A DNA stretch of 64,000 bases from a virus (lineage: Duplodnaviria > Caudoviricetes): the IMG/VR virus record IMGVR_UViG_3300021387_001614, positions 82,937-146,936 of that record. The stretch is one strand, 5' to 3'. The position numbers were made by a program, and so were the translations under genes. The notes beneath the pieces were generated by a model, which was not told the DNA's origin, made no database searches, and saw only the letters and a list, made by a program, of their open reading frames with translations. Positions 9,508 through 19,981 of this stretch are shown here, one piece after another (the stretch's first letter is position 1; every line of letters starts with the position of its first letter).

Positions 9508-12500
9508 TTAACTTTGTGGCGTATATGCGAAACCATTCGTAAGGTTAGTAATAATTTGCTCAAGTTCAGCAACACGTGATGTAAGTGCCCTTAAATCATC
9601 TTTTAATGATGATATATCATTGGCGTTGGTTGTAACATCATCTTTAACGTCATTTAAATCTGCTGTAATCGCTGAATTTGCAACAGGATTGATAGAATCG
9701 GCATCGAGCGCTGTATCAACCATCACAACACCAAAAGTCTGATTACCTGCCACCGGTATGTGTGCAACACCATCAGCCACCTCAACATTGTGCCATGACG
9801 TACCACGCATCACTGCCACGCCGCTTAACTTATTACCGGTGTCTGCCGAAATAGTATTAATTCTATCATCAATATCAGTAAGTGCTGCTGCTATAACTTG
9901 TTCATTGTTGCTAACAACATCTTCTAAACTCGTCAATCCCGAAGCATCAGCCTTATCATCGAGCAAGCCATCAACGTCAGTCTTGGTGTAAGTTGTTGCA
10001 GTGTCGGCCTTGTTAGCAAGCGCTGTATCAACATCGGTCTTATTATAATAGTTTGACGGGTCGAATATGTCCGTCAGTGGTATAGAAATTGTTTGTTTAC
10101 CTGATTCTTCATTAAATGTGATAACCAAATTATTACCACTAATTTCAACATTATCAACCATGCCGTCCTTTATAAAGTTGGTAGCATCAATATTAGCTAT
10201 TGGCTCATCTGCTGTAGATGTTGGGTAGAAATAAATCTTCTTTGCAGTGCTATCATATGCAACTGCGCCGAATTTACTATTTAACGCTGTTGCAATTTCA
10301 GTAGCACCTGATGTTTCATCCTTTGCATAAACATCACTTGCATTTGCTTTTGTAGCAATGGCTGCCGTATTTGCAGTAACAGCACCACTAATTGTGCTAA
10401 TATCACTACTTACACTACCCGTGTTGGTTTTTAACGTTTCAACATCACCGCTAATTGTATTGACATTGCCTGATATTTCATTGATTTTCAATGTAATAAC
10501 TTTATTCTGAACAGGGTTTTCTGATGTTGTAGAAAGAGCGTCATCAACAGTGCCTCCACCTTCAATAACTATATTACCCGGTCCTGCAAGGCTTTCACCG
10601 TTGATTGTTTTAAGGTTATTAAACCTATCGTTAAGGTCGTTAAGCGATGCGGCCGTAACCCTCTCATTATCAACAATAGTTCTTGTAACTGCTGAATTCG
10701 CAACAGGATTTGGTGAATCCATATCCATTTCATCATCCACCTCTGTTACCACTTCTATAGCGGCTACTTTATCTGTTACAACAACTTCATCACCGTTAAG
10801 CGTTATTGCAGTTATAACATTCTCTTCTGCTTTATTCCACTTAGTTTTATCTTCTGTTGTTACATGTATATCCGTATTACCCGTATGTTCTGTGATAGCA
10901 GTGTCAATTGCACCAAGGGCAGAAGCTATTTCGGTAGCACCAGATGTTTCCGATTTTGTATAAACATTATCAGCGTCTGCTTTCTCCGCAAGTGCGGTAT
11001 CAACCTCTGTCTTAGTGTAAGTGGTTGCTGTGTCCGCTTTTTCTGCAAGTGCTGCTTCAACGTCAGCAGTGTTTGCCTTTTCTACAAGTGCTGTTTGTAC
11101 CTCTGTGAGTGCGGTTTCAATGCCGCTAACAGACGTTTCAAGTGCGCCTACTCTGCCTTCAAGTTCGTGTACGTCACCCGTCGCTTCCTCAATTCTCTCG
11201 TCAGTTTCTGCTTTAGTATAAACATTTCCTAACGCATCCTCAACAGAGTCGCCGTTAGGCATCTTTATATTGCTTGCACTACCGTTTACATAAAGGTAGT
11301 TACGAAGAACATCACCTTCTGTATCAGGTATTAATTCGAGAATATTGTTTTCACTTGTAGAAGCAATGTGTGTGGTTGCCGATAATCTGTTTTTGTCGGT
11401 GCTATCCTTATATTTAATTAACTCAACGCCCGTTGGGAATTCATTTTCAAGAACACCGATTTCATCAAATAAATCACTAACAGGAACAGTAATTGTCTGA
11501 CTTTGGCCCGCTGCATTAGTATATTTTAACTCAAGTGATTTAGTGTTTGGGTCATAATTAATGTCATTAATTATTGTACCCACACCAAGTGGAATTTCCT
11601 TAGAGCCTTCTGTTGTTGTAAATTTTAAGGTGTTGGTGGCTGCACTATATTCAACATCAACCTTAACATAAAGTCCGTTTGTTGTGTTAATTATGTTACC
11701 TGCCTCTGTGCTAATTCTAACATTACCACTAATAACATTTTCATTAGACTTATTAAGTTCTAACGTGTTAGTACTTGCAACTGAAACGTCAGCATCACCT
11801 ATTTTTTCATCAACTTCTGTTTTAGTATAAACGTCTGCTGCATTTGCCTTGCCATCAATTCTGTCACTTAAGTCTTCATCTGCATGCGTTCTGTTTGCAG
11901 TCTCATCGTCTATCAAATGTTCTAACATTGTTTCGGCATTTGTTGCCCTTGTCTGCTCTGCTGTTACTGCTGACTGTAAGGCAGTCTCGGCACTTGTTGC
12001 TCTTGTGATTTCTCCGCTTACAGCATCTTGTAATGTACTAACAGAAGATTTAACATTGGCAATTTCTGTTTCAGCACTGGTTATTCTTACATCTAATGCA
12101 GAGTCGGCTGCTGTTCTTGCTGCCTCTTCGTTTCCTAATTCAGTTTCAATTTCAGCGGTTCTTGCTAATAATTCGTTAATATCATTCTCATTATCAGTTG
12201 TTTTTCCCGATAACTCATTAATATCTACTTCTATTTCATCAAGGAATGGACTTGTTGGTATTTTTAATTCGTGTACCTCATGTGCGGCTGTTTTGTATGT
12301 AATAACAATTTCCTCGTTTGTTTGGTCATAGCCACTATATACAATATTGGTGTCTGCCGACAATGGAATTTCCCTTATAACACTTGTTTGTCCCGATTTC
12401 GATGTGTCAGAAACTTTAATAACATTAGTGTTAGCGTCATAATCAATTGTCATGTAGATACCGTCAGCAGCTGCAAGTATAGTGTTGTTTGTCATTTCCG

Positions 12501-14139
12501 CGATTTTAACATCTGCTGAAAGCGTGTCAACACCCGCATCTTCGGTCTTGGTTAATGCAACGGTATTTGTGTCTTCAACAACAAAACCTTGGTCTTCAAC
12601 CTTACCGCTTAATTCTGCAATATCGTCAGTATTTTTATCAACTTGCTCAGTTAATGATGATAAATCACTCGAAATTGTCTCAACGTTACCGCTAATTTCA
12701 TTAATTTTATCATTAATTTCACTCTTTTCTGTATCTATTCTATCAAGAGCACCTTTAACGGTTTCGTCGTCGCTATACTTAATATTTGACGCCTCGCCAC
12801 GAACAACTAACATGTGGTCGGAAACCTCAAGAATATTGGTTGGAACTGACGTTTTTGACGCAATTTTAACGTCGGCTGAAAGAATATCCTTGCCCGGCGT
12901 GTTGTGTTGTTTAACAAGTTCTACCGTGTGAGAATCATTATTAACTACCCATTCGTCGATAATATCAGCCAACTTAATATCAATACTATGAATATTACCG
13001 TTTTGGTCAACGTATCTAATTGTAAGAATTTCTGTTACAGAATCATATGAAATATCATCAATAAATGACGCCGCATTTAATTGGAATGTTGTGGTCTTAT
13101 TACCGCCATCAACGGAACTTGTCGTGAGTGAAAGTTTATTAGATGCTTCATCGTAAGACATTGACACTGATGCAAATATACCCTCTTCAGCACCACTTGA
13201 GCCGTATCTTTTAGTAATAACATTATTCTCGTTAGGTGAAACTTTTGTCTCAATACTGTCTAACGCTTCCTTAACTGTTATTTTATTACCGTTTTTCCAA
13301 TATGAAATATTACTTGCCTTGCCATCAACATAAAGATATTTATTGTCGCTTGTGGCTTTCAGAATATTATCAGATGTAACACCTGATGGCGCTATGTTAA
13401 CTTCACCCCACAGAACGTCTTTCCATTTATGTGTTTCTTCATCCTCGCCATGTTGTCTATCTCTATGTAATGTAATTGGAGTTACGGGAGCACCCTCAAC
13501 AGTCCATTCCTCAATAAGTTTATCAACACTAACAGATATAGTTTTTCCGTCAGTATAAGTAAAGATAATTGATTCTGTTTTGGGGTCATATGTTGCTTCT
13601 TCAATTACAGGAATTGAAAATTCTGTGACGCTATTATTTACTTGAAATGTAAATGTATTAGTATTATCGTCAAAAACGAGGTTTACATAAGAATATATGC
13701 CGTCTTCATCTTTCTTAATAATACTATCAACCTCTTCGCGGTTTATTACAACGGTTTCCTTAAGTTTAACTTCACCGCCAATAACAACACCACTTTCTGT
13801 TTCATCAACATTCATCTCGATGGTGTCACTATTTTTACCAATGAAAACAAGTGATGCCGCAAGTGCCGCAATTCCATCTTCAAGTGCTACAATATCCTCC
13901 TTTAAACCTTCAATATCAATAAAGAATGTTTTGTTAGAAGCATCAATGCTTCCATCACCAACAGAACCTATTGCCAATATAATATTAGGTTCTGCTTCAT
14001 TACCGTATTTTAAAACCATCGGCTCTGCATAAAGTGATGGTCTATCAATTGTCTGACTGTTCTTAACATACGCAATAGCCTCATCCCTTGTTGCAAAAAC
14101 TTGATTGTGGTGTACGAACTGTAATCTATTTTTGTTCAT
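9508..14139 (-). CDS. Large modular virion fibre/appendage protein
   Basis: 1543 aa, T/S/D/N-rich; repeated beta modules (YD..T..L...Y), KA....YTK.EVD repeats, coiled coils, STNPVANSAIT modules shared with 53310..55628. Confidence 0.7.
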   Translation of the reverse strand: MNKNRLQFVHHNQVFATRDEAIAYVKNSQTIDRPSLYAEPMVLKYGNEAEPNIILAIGSVGDGSIDASNKTFFIDIEGLKEDIVALEDGIAALAASLVFIGKNSDTIEMNVDETESGVVIGGEVKLKETVVINREEVDSIIKKDEDGIYSYVNLVFDDNTNTFTFQVNNSVTEFSIPVIEEATYDPKTESIIFTYTDGKTISVSVDKLIEEWTVEGAPVTPITLHRDRQHGEDEETHKWKDVLWGEVNIAPSGVTSDNILKATSDNKYLYVDGKASNISYWKNGNKITVKEALDSIETKVSPNENNVITKRYGSSGAEEGIFASVSMSYDEASNKLSLTTSSVDGGNKTTTFQLNAASFIDDISYDSVTEILTIRYVDQNGNIHSIDIKLADIIDEWVVNNDSHTVELVKQHNTPGKDILSADVKIASKTSVPTNILEVSDHMLVVRGEASNIKYSDDETVKGALDRIDTEKSEINDKINEISGNVETISSDLSSLTEQVDKNTDDIAELSGKVEDQGFVVEDTNTVALTKTEDAGVDTLSADVKIAEMTNNTILAAADGIYMTIDYDANTNVIKVSDTSKSGQTSVIREIPLSADTNIVYSGYDQTNEEIVITYKTAAHEVHELKIPTSPFLDEIEVDINELSGKTTDNENDINELLARTAEIETELGNEEAARTAADSALDVRITSAETEIANVKSSVSTLQDAVSGEITRATSAETALQSAVTAEQTRATNAETMLEHLIDDETANRTHADEDLSDRIDGKANAADVYTKTEVDEKIGDADVSVASTNTLELNKSNENVISGNVRISTEAGNIINTTNGLYVKVDVEYSAATNTLKFTTTEGSKEIPLGVGTIINDINYDPNTKSLELKYTNAAGQSQTITVPVSDLFDEIGVLENEFPTGVELIKYKDSTDKNRLSATTHIASTSENNILELIPDTEGDVLRNYLYVNGSASNIKMPNGDSVEDALGNVYTKAETDERIEEATGDVHELEGRVGALETSVSGIETALTEVQTALVEKANTADVEAALAEKADTATTYTKTEVDTALAEKADADNVYTKSETSGATEIASALGAIDTAITEHTGNTDIHVTTEDKTKWNKAEENVITAITLNGDEVVVTDKVAAIEVVTEVDDEMDMDSPNPVANSAVTRTIVDNERVTAASLNDLNDRFNNLKTINGESLAGPGNIVIEGGGTVDDALSTTSENPVQNKVITLKINEISGNVNTISGDVETLKTNTGSVSSDISTISGAVTANTAAIATKANASDVYAKDETSGATEIATALNSKFGAVAYDSTAKKIYFYPTSTADEPIANIDATNFIKDGMVDNVEISGNNLVITFNEESGKQTISIPLTDIFDPSNYYNKTDVDTALANKADTATTYTKTDVDGLLDDKADASGLTSLEDVVSNNEQVIAAALTDIDDRINTISADTGNKLSGVAVMRGTSWHNVEVADGVAHIPVAGNQTFGVVMVDTALDADSINPVANSAITADLNDVKDDVTTNANDISSLKDDLRALTSRVAELEQIITNLTNGFAYTPQS

Positions 14140-14168
14140 TGTTCTTTTGTTTTTTTTTATTCTAATTT

Positions 14169-16286
14169 TTAAAACTCGCCGTAATTACCGTTAAGATTAA
14201 TAATTATGTTATTATCTTCATCGTTTGCAAGTAAAGTTATTGATTCAACCCCATGATTTTCTTCACTAATATCAACAGTTGCACCCGTTATAATTTGTGA
14301 CCATACCTTATCATCGATTTCATCAATTTCTTCTTGTAATACCGCATCGGCTGCAATTCTTTCCTCACGTTCAGTTGCTATTGCTTCATTTAAAGCATCA
14401 TCTGCTGCAACTCGTTCATCATGTTCTGTTGTAATTGCAGTGTTAAGTGCCTCATCTGCTGCAACTCGTTCATCATGTTCAGTTGTAATTGCTTGATTTA
14501 AAGCATCGTCTGCCGCAACTCGTTCATCATGTTCAGTTGTAATTGCTTGATTTAAAGCATCATCTGCTGCAATTCTTTGTTCTGTTTCAGCATCGAGTGC
14601 ATCTGTAAGAGTTTCAATCGCAATTATTCTTTCCTCACGTTCAGTTGTGATTGCAGTGTTAAGTGCTTCATCGGCTGCAACTCGTTCATCGTGTTCAGTT
14701 GTGATTGCAGTGTTAAGTGCATCATCTGCTGCAATTCTTTCAGATGTTTCTCTATCTAATTTACTATCAAGTTCAGTAAAAAGCGGCATAATTTCCTTGA
14801 GAACTGCCAAATAAATAACATCACTCGTTGCAATTAAGCGTAAAACACCATCAATTTTAACGAGACGGAATTCAGTATCAGCATCATACTCAATATATTC
14901 ACCCGTAGAACTTTCTATTCTTGTAGGAGAGTTAATAACAATAGTGTCACCTTCTACAAGACGTTTTCTTTCCCAATTCTTACCTGTCCAATGATTGATT
15001 ATATACGCCTTATGTTTTGATGTGTTATATAAATCGCCATAATCAGAATAACTTATATAATTTTCTTCGCTAACACCTTCATTTTTGCTTAAATCAATAT
15101 TAACGGATGTCCATATAGAATGACCGTGTTTATTGTTTGGATTACTATCATCTTTAAGCGACGGCATTAATACCGTTGGATAATATTTTCCTGCGATATA
15201 CTCCGTCTCATGCGCGTTAGAACCATCGTAATCCTTAACAAGTCTCAGTGAATAATAATTATCAGGACACTCTGCCGTTTGCCAAACACCCGTTGAATCA
15301 TAAGTGAATGTCTTTGTGTAATAATCACTTCTTATGCCCGGAAATGTTTGTGTCGAACTCCAAAACGTTCCATGTTCGCCAAAGTAAATCAAATTTTTGT
15401 CTTTGCTTACACCATATCCACCCGGAAGAACACTAAAGCCATAATCATCTGTTCCTATTGGGTTTATTGCTTTTTCTTGCGGTACAATATCCTCATAAAG
15501 ATAATCAACATCGTTAGAAAGTTGACTGGTAGTATTATCACACAACCATTTATCAGCAGTTTTTAATTTTTTACCTGCTAACTTGCCTAACTCAACGTGG
15601 CATTCAGCAGAATTATGATTTCTATATGCACAAGGCTCAATTGCATTAAGCATCGAATCCCAATCTGCCTTTGTGGGTATTCTCCAAGGACTGTTTGTGT
15701 CTGCCAACATCTGTGCGATTTGACTAACACCCGCATAATTGTAAAGATTGCCATAATCATCTACCTCTTCGAGTGTTAAATATCTATCGCCATTATTATT
15801 ACACTCGGGTAAAACGCCACCGGTAGTAGTATCAATAAGGCTTATAACGGGTTTATAAAATCCTGTCTGCTCTATGGGATTTAACCCTAAAGGGGAATCG
15901 TCACGCCCATTACCAACTATCGTACCGTCAGTAATTGCTTCAGTCATAATTTTATCGCCTAAGTTCTTTTGTGTAATAAACCCACTAATAACTTTGGTAA
16001 TGCCATTATAACTAATGGTAAGTTCACCTAAGCAATCATCAAAAGATACGTTAAGGTCTCTTGTAACACCTGAAATCATTGATGATAAATCAACTTGCAA
16101 CGTTTCACCATTATTTCTTGTCAATGTTAAAACGTTTGTTTCCTCATCAAAGTCCATGCTTTTAACATCATAATCCTTAAGAGTTATGAAATTACTGTCA
16201 ATCTCATTCACCGTCAATTTGCAGTTCTTTGTGACATCTTCCTCATAAGGACTTATAAGTTTATAAAAATAAAGGCTTTCTGCCAT
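14169..16286 (-). CDS. Fibre-like protein with FISUMP (Fib_succ_major, CLec-fold) domain and 18-aa coiled-coil repeats
   Basis: YGNLYNY, WRIPTKADW, GKKLK, GTDDYGFSVLPGG, FWSST, SLRLVKD; N-terminal LT..EIDSNF motif typical of fibre anchors. Confidence 0.8.
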   Translation of the reverse strand: MAESLYFYKLISPYEEDVTKNCKLTVNEIDSNFITLKDYDVKSMDFDEETNVLTLTRNNGETLQVDLSSMISGVTRDLNVSFDDCLGELTISYNGITKVISGFITQKNLGDKIMTEAITDGTIVGNGRDDSPLGLNPIEQTGFYKPVISLIDTTTGGVLPECNNNGDRYLTLEEVDDYGNLYNYAGVSQIAQMLADTNSPWRIPTKADWDSMLNAIEPCAYRNHNSAECHVELGKLAGKKLKTADKWLCDNTTSQLSNDVDYLYEDIVPQEKAINPIGTDDYGFSVLPGGYGVSKDKNLIYFGEHGTFWSSTQTFPGIRSDYYTKTFTYDSTGVWQTAECPDNYYSLRLVKDYDGSNAHETEYIAGKYYPTVLMPSLKDDSNPNNKHGHSIWTSVNIDLSKNEGVSEENYISYSDYGDLYNTSKHKAYIINHWTGKNWERKRLVEGDTIVINSPTRIESSTGEYIEYDADTEFRLVKIDGVLRLIATSDVIYLAVLKEIMPLFTELDSKLDRETSERIAADDALNTAITTEHDERVAADEALNTAITTEREERIIAIETLTDALDAETEQRIAADDALNQAITTEHDERVAADDALNQAITTEHDERVAADEALNTAITTEHDERVAADDALNEAIATEREERIAADAVLQEEIDEIDDKVWSQIITGATVDISEENHGVESITLLANDEDNNIIINLNGNYGEF
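14335..14750 (-). repeat. Tandem 54-bp (18-aa) coding repeat, about 8 units
   Basis: ERVAADDALNQAITTEHD and variants; DNA unit gcaactcgttcatcatgttc recurs. 7+11 periodicity fits a trimeric coiled-coil stalk. Confidence 0.9.
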
Positions 16287-16386
16287 GACTCATATGTATT
16301 TATTCTTGTTATTTTTTAATAAATATTTTAAGAAACCTATTATTTATTAAAATAACCCACTTTATTTATATAAACCTTACAATTTT

Positions 16387-16725
16387 ATGAAAAAAAATAT
16401 CAAACACCCCAAAGGATATTGGAAAATCAAAGAAAATATGATGAAAGAGGCGAAAAAATACTCCACAAAAGACGAGTTTCAAAAAGGTAATTTAACCGCA
16501 TTTCTTGCTGCACACAGATACGGTTATATAGATGAAATGACGTGGATGGTTAAACAAAAACAGCACAAAAAAGGTTATTGGACTTATGAAAATATAGAAA
16601 AAGAAGCAATTAAATATGCAACTAAAACCGATTTTTTTAATGGCAATCAGACGGCATATAGAGCCGCATTAAAAATGGGGATTATTGATGATTTTTTTGC
16701 CTTGGATATATACATACAAAAATGA
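16387..16725 (+). CDS. Two-repeat putative DNA-binding protein (homing-endonuclease-associated repeat, no nuclease domain)
   Basis: Two copies of HxKGYW..EN..KEA.KY.TK..F..GN.TA..AA...G.ID. Confidence 0.6.
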   Translation: MKKNIKHPKGYWKIKENMMKEAKKYSTKDEFQKGNLTAFLAAHRYGYIDEMTWMVKQKQHKKGYWTYENIEKEAIKYATKTDFFNGNQTAYRAALKMGIIDDFFALDIYIQK

Positions 16726-16750
16726 GCACACTTTAAATGTACTCATTTTT
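16718..16750. terminator. Bidirectional terminator
   Basis: A-tract, ATGAGCACA/TGTACTCAT stem, T-tract, between convergent genes. Confidence 0.65.
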
Positions 16751-16789
16751 ATAGCAGTATGAAATAAGTGTTGGTTTGGTTACTCTTTT

Positions 16790-17512
16790 TTACTTATTGA
16801 AAGTATGCTCTTTTTTATTTGAAAGTTCTTTTCTATATTGCACATAATTTTCTTTAACCCATTTCACAACCCTTTCAAGACTATTGTTAGAATATAAAGG
16901 TTTCCAAAATTTATTTAAATCATTTGATATAACATTCCATTTATGAGGAAAATTTTCCTCACCATAATTGTAATTGTTAATGATTCTAACAAAATCGTGT
17001 GCAGACTTGTTAAAGAAAATAACTTCCTCACCGTAATCGTTGTGTACAGTGTTTTGCGTCTTTATTCCACTAGCAATGAACATAATAGCATCATCAGTCA
17101 CTTTACCATGACAAAGTTTTTTAACTCTATCGTCAAGATATTTGTCATCAGCGTCAAAGGCAAATGAATACCCTTCATCACATTTTGGAAAATTAAAATC
17201 ACCAGTCATATAGAGATATCTCATTGCGTCTTTTGGAAAAGCCCGTTTAAAACCCTGTGAATAAATTATTTCTTTCCCAATATGTACAAGCCATTTAGAT
17301 TGTATTATTTTTGGTTTTGTAAATGCATAAACATCAGGATTTTTTTCTCCTTTATATATGTCTGATGATGCCGCATAGTTAAGGTCGTTTTCAAACCAAT
17401 GTTCGTCTGGATTTTCAATTTTATCATTTATATAATCATAAAGAGGTTTCATATAATCTTTATCAAGATATTCCTTTAAAACCCCTCTAACAATTCTTTT
17501 AATTGATTTCAT
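16790..17512 (-). CDS. Hypothetical protein, ART-like fold candidate; paralog of 1349..2149
   Basis: KWLVH..GF, FAF, ASG.. T, EEVIF, LY.N..L..V..W...NY.QY.K.L shared with 1349..2149. Confidence 0.55.
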   Translation of the reverse strand: MKSIKRIVRGVLKEYLDKDYMKPLYDYINDKIENPDEHWFENDLNYAASSDIYKGEKNPDVYAFTKPKIIQSKWLVHIGKEIIYSQGFKRAFPKDAMRYLYMTGDFNFPKCDEGYSFAFDADDKYLDDRVKKLCHGKVTDDAIMFIASGIKTQNTVHNDYGEEVIFFNKSAHDFVRIINNYNYGEENFPHKWNVISNDLNKFWKPLYSNNSLERVVKWVKENYVQYRKELSNKKEHTFNK

Positions 17513-17557
17513 ATAACTTATTACTTTTATGTAAAATATTTTGGTGAGTTATATTAT

Positions 17558-19507
17558 TTAATTTGTATTGGTTTGTGGCAACAGGTATATAGTTCCTTTT
17601 TCTTCAACCTTAGCGTTGTTAAGTATGTCTGTGTATTCCATTGGACATCCGTAAAATTTAAAAGACTTAAAATACCCGATAAATGACCCTGCAAAATTTT
17701 CCTCTATGGGATAAGTTCTTGTTGGGTTTAACATATAATTATTAAGTATTGTTTCAGATAAGCCTTGTGTTCCACCACCTAATGATATGTTATAAGGAAC
17801 ACCCTCTTGTTTTTCATACAAATCATCTAAATCATGTAAATTCACTTTTGGTAAATCCTTTGTAATGTACACTAATTTACCATTAACATAAAAATAGATT
17901 TTCATTGTGTTTAGGTGGGGTATTATTTTTACATGTATTGTGTACCACTTATCATTTTCTATGACATTAGGGAAAGAATACCCTTCAATTATTGATGTTT
18001 TGTTTTCACCGCTTATTTCACAATCATATGTTAACAGTCTATATCCTAATTCACCATTATCAGTAATTCTAAGGGCAAAAGCGTTATTGTATATATCTTT
18101 ATATAAACTGTCGTATTTAGAATTTTCTTCGTCTCTTAATTCATTGATGGTATTCACGTTATACCCGGTACAAGTCCTATTCATTAAAATAAAAAGATTA
18201 CCTTTAAATTTATCCTTTTTACCATAATACATCATTTTTGTACCTTCTTCCCAATTTCTTACGGTATATCCATTACATGTACGGTCAAACAGCAAAAACT
18301 TATTATCTGTGTAAAAGAAATAATCATTTGCTGACTTTAACTTAAAACCGTCAGATGTTTCATATTCGAAATCTGAAATATCCATTTCCGGTTCCCAATA
18401 GTCAGTATCATAGTCAAGACCATCGTAATCGTCAATATATCCGTCCCCAAAAATTAAATCAGATATACTTTCATCAGTTTTTGATTCATCTATAATTTCT
18501 TCAGATGGCGGACGTCTAATACATCCACATGACATGCACTGACATCTCGAAAAATCATATCTAATTTTTTTATTTTTATCTGAATTATCATTTTCGCCGT
18601 TGCAACACCAATTATCCATGTTGATATGGGGAAGATTTTCATCAATTATTACCGTTCCCCCACTATAATAAGAATCATCATAATAGTTAAAATTTAGATA
18701 ATCGTCTATATCAAGTGGCGGTATTGGTGTAAACTCGGGGTCAAGGTCATAAAAATTGCCTATAATATAATCATCAAAACTTATTTCCGAATCTTCTACA
18801 TAATTATCGGGTGCAAGTGTATTGCACTCGTCTTCTTCTTCATAATAGTAAATCCATTTATTCTCTGCACGTGTTCCTATGTAAAAAAATATGCCTTTAT
18901 TATCAGGATATTTATCATTAAGCGTTTTATTAGACTCAGGTTCTAAATCAGACTTTTTAAGGACAAACTCAAATTCCCACGGCATTTCTTCACTTAATGC
19001 CGAAGGTAAAATGTAATATTTATCACACTCTGTTTTAAAGAAACCTTGATAAAATCCACCATTTAATTTTATAACATCATTTTCTTTTTTAAGGGGATAA
19101 TCATATAAAAGCGTATTTCCACTAACTGCGTGCAATTTAAGCCTTGCATCGTTGTTAATTTGATATTTACTGTTTTGAAAAATTTCTACAAAATCCTTAT
19201 TGCTTATTCTATCCTTTCTAAATGTTATCAACCCATTATCAACACCCGTATATCCTATATTTTCCAACGTATAGTCGCTGGTAACAGCGCTTTCCCAAGT
19301 ATATTCGCCACTGCCAATTAACATATTATCCTCTACACACTCATCAATAGACGTATCAATATATGACATTAAACATTTGTCATATATTGAATCTGTACTG
19401 AATGAGTATGGACTAAAATTATCTTTATTGACAAAGAAATCCCAATAGTCATCTCTGTCAATTTTTAATTTTAGATTATGATAATTGTTTTCCTGTAAGT
19501 TTCCCAT
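17558..19507 (-). CDS. Probable structural protein with C-terminal LamG/ConA-like domain
   Basis: 649 aa; KWYTIHV...MKIYFYVNGKLV...FIGYFKSFKFY pattern. Confidence 0.55.
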   Translation of the reverse strand: MGNLQENNYHNLKLKIDRDDYWDFFVNKDNFSPYSFSTDSIYDKCLMSYIDTSIDECVEDNMLIGSGEYTWESAVTSDYTLENIGYTGVDNGLITFRKDRISNKDFVEIFQNSKYQINNDARLKLHAVSGNTLLYDYPLKKENDVIKLNGGFYQGFFKTECDKYYILPSALSEEMPWEFEFVLKKSDLEPESNKTLNDKYPDNKGIFFYIGTRAENKWIYYYEEEDECNTLAPDNYVEDSEISFDDYIIGNFYDLDPEFTPIPPLDIDDYLNFNYYDDSYYSGGTVIIDENLPHINMDNWCCNGENDNSDKNKKIRYDFSRCQCMSCGCIRRPPSEEIIDESKTDESISDLIFGDGYIDDYDGLDYDTDYWEPEMDISDFEYETSDGFKLKSANDYFFYTDNKFLLFDRTCNGYTVRNWEEGTKMMYYGKKDKFKGNLFILMNRTCTGYNVNTINELRDEENSKYDSLYKDIYNNAFALRITDNGELGYRLLTYDCEISGENKTSIIEGYSFPNVIENDKWYTIHVKIIPHLNTMKIYFYVNGKLVYITKDLPKVNLHDLDDLYEKQEGVPYNISLGGGTQGLSETILNNYMLNPTRTYPIEENFAGSFIGYFKSFKFYGCPMEYTDILNNAKVEEKGTIYLLPQTNTN

Positions 19508-19946
19508 TATTTTGTGTGTCTTTAAGGTTTTGTTGTGGGTTTGGTTTTGCGAGTTTAGGCGGACGTTTAACCGTGTTAACAGGTTTAACTTGATTTCTTT
19601 GTGCTTGTACCGCGTTTTTTGCCCAACTTTTTATTGTTTGCTGTGCCTCATTGTCTGCTATCGCTCCGGGCGACTTTAACGCACTTGCTATTTGTTTAGC
19701 CGTGGTTGCAGGCATTTTAACAACTTTGTTAGGGTCATTGTCAAAAGCATCTGAAACTTTTATCCCTTTTTTGTTTTTAAACTTATTATAATCACTGTCT
19801 AAAATATGAGACAAACGCTTATAACCAACTGCTTGCTTGCTAGGGTATTCGTTTCTTACCTTCATAGCAAGTTTGCGGATATATTTAGGAACAATAACGT
19901 CCCTTTTATTAAGTTTCTTATTTTCTTCCTCGTTGATAATCAGCAT
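19476..19946 (-). CDS. Hypothetical basic protein
   Basis: Start moved to ATG 19946 (MLIINEE), just downstream of TATTTAT at 19966-19972. Confidence 0.65.
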   Translation of the reverse strand: MLIINEEENKKLNKRDVIVPKYIRKLAMKVRNEYPSKQAVGYKRLSHILDSDYNKFKNKKGIKVSDAFDNDPNKVVKMPATTAKQIASALKSPGAIADNEAQQTIKSWAKNAVQAQRNQVKPVNTVKRPPKLAKPNPQQNLKDTQNNGKLTGKQLS

Positions 19947-19981
19947 TTTTAAAAAACCTTTTTCAATAAATATCAAACAAC

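Noticed and set aside
6152-14032. Numerous + strand ORFs antisense to the polymerase and fibre genes (likewise 53485-58627 and others)
   Set aside because: Shadow ORFs: Ser/Leu/Phe-rich mirror translations fully overlapping well-supported genes, with no motifs or expression signals.
14335-14750. Tandem repeat as a non-coding array
   Set aside because: In-frame 18-aa coiled-coil repeat within a CDS.
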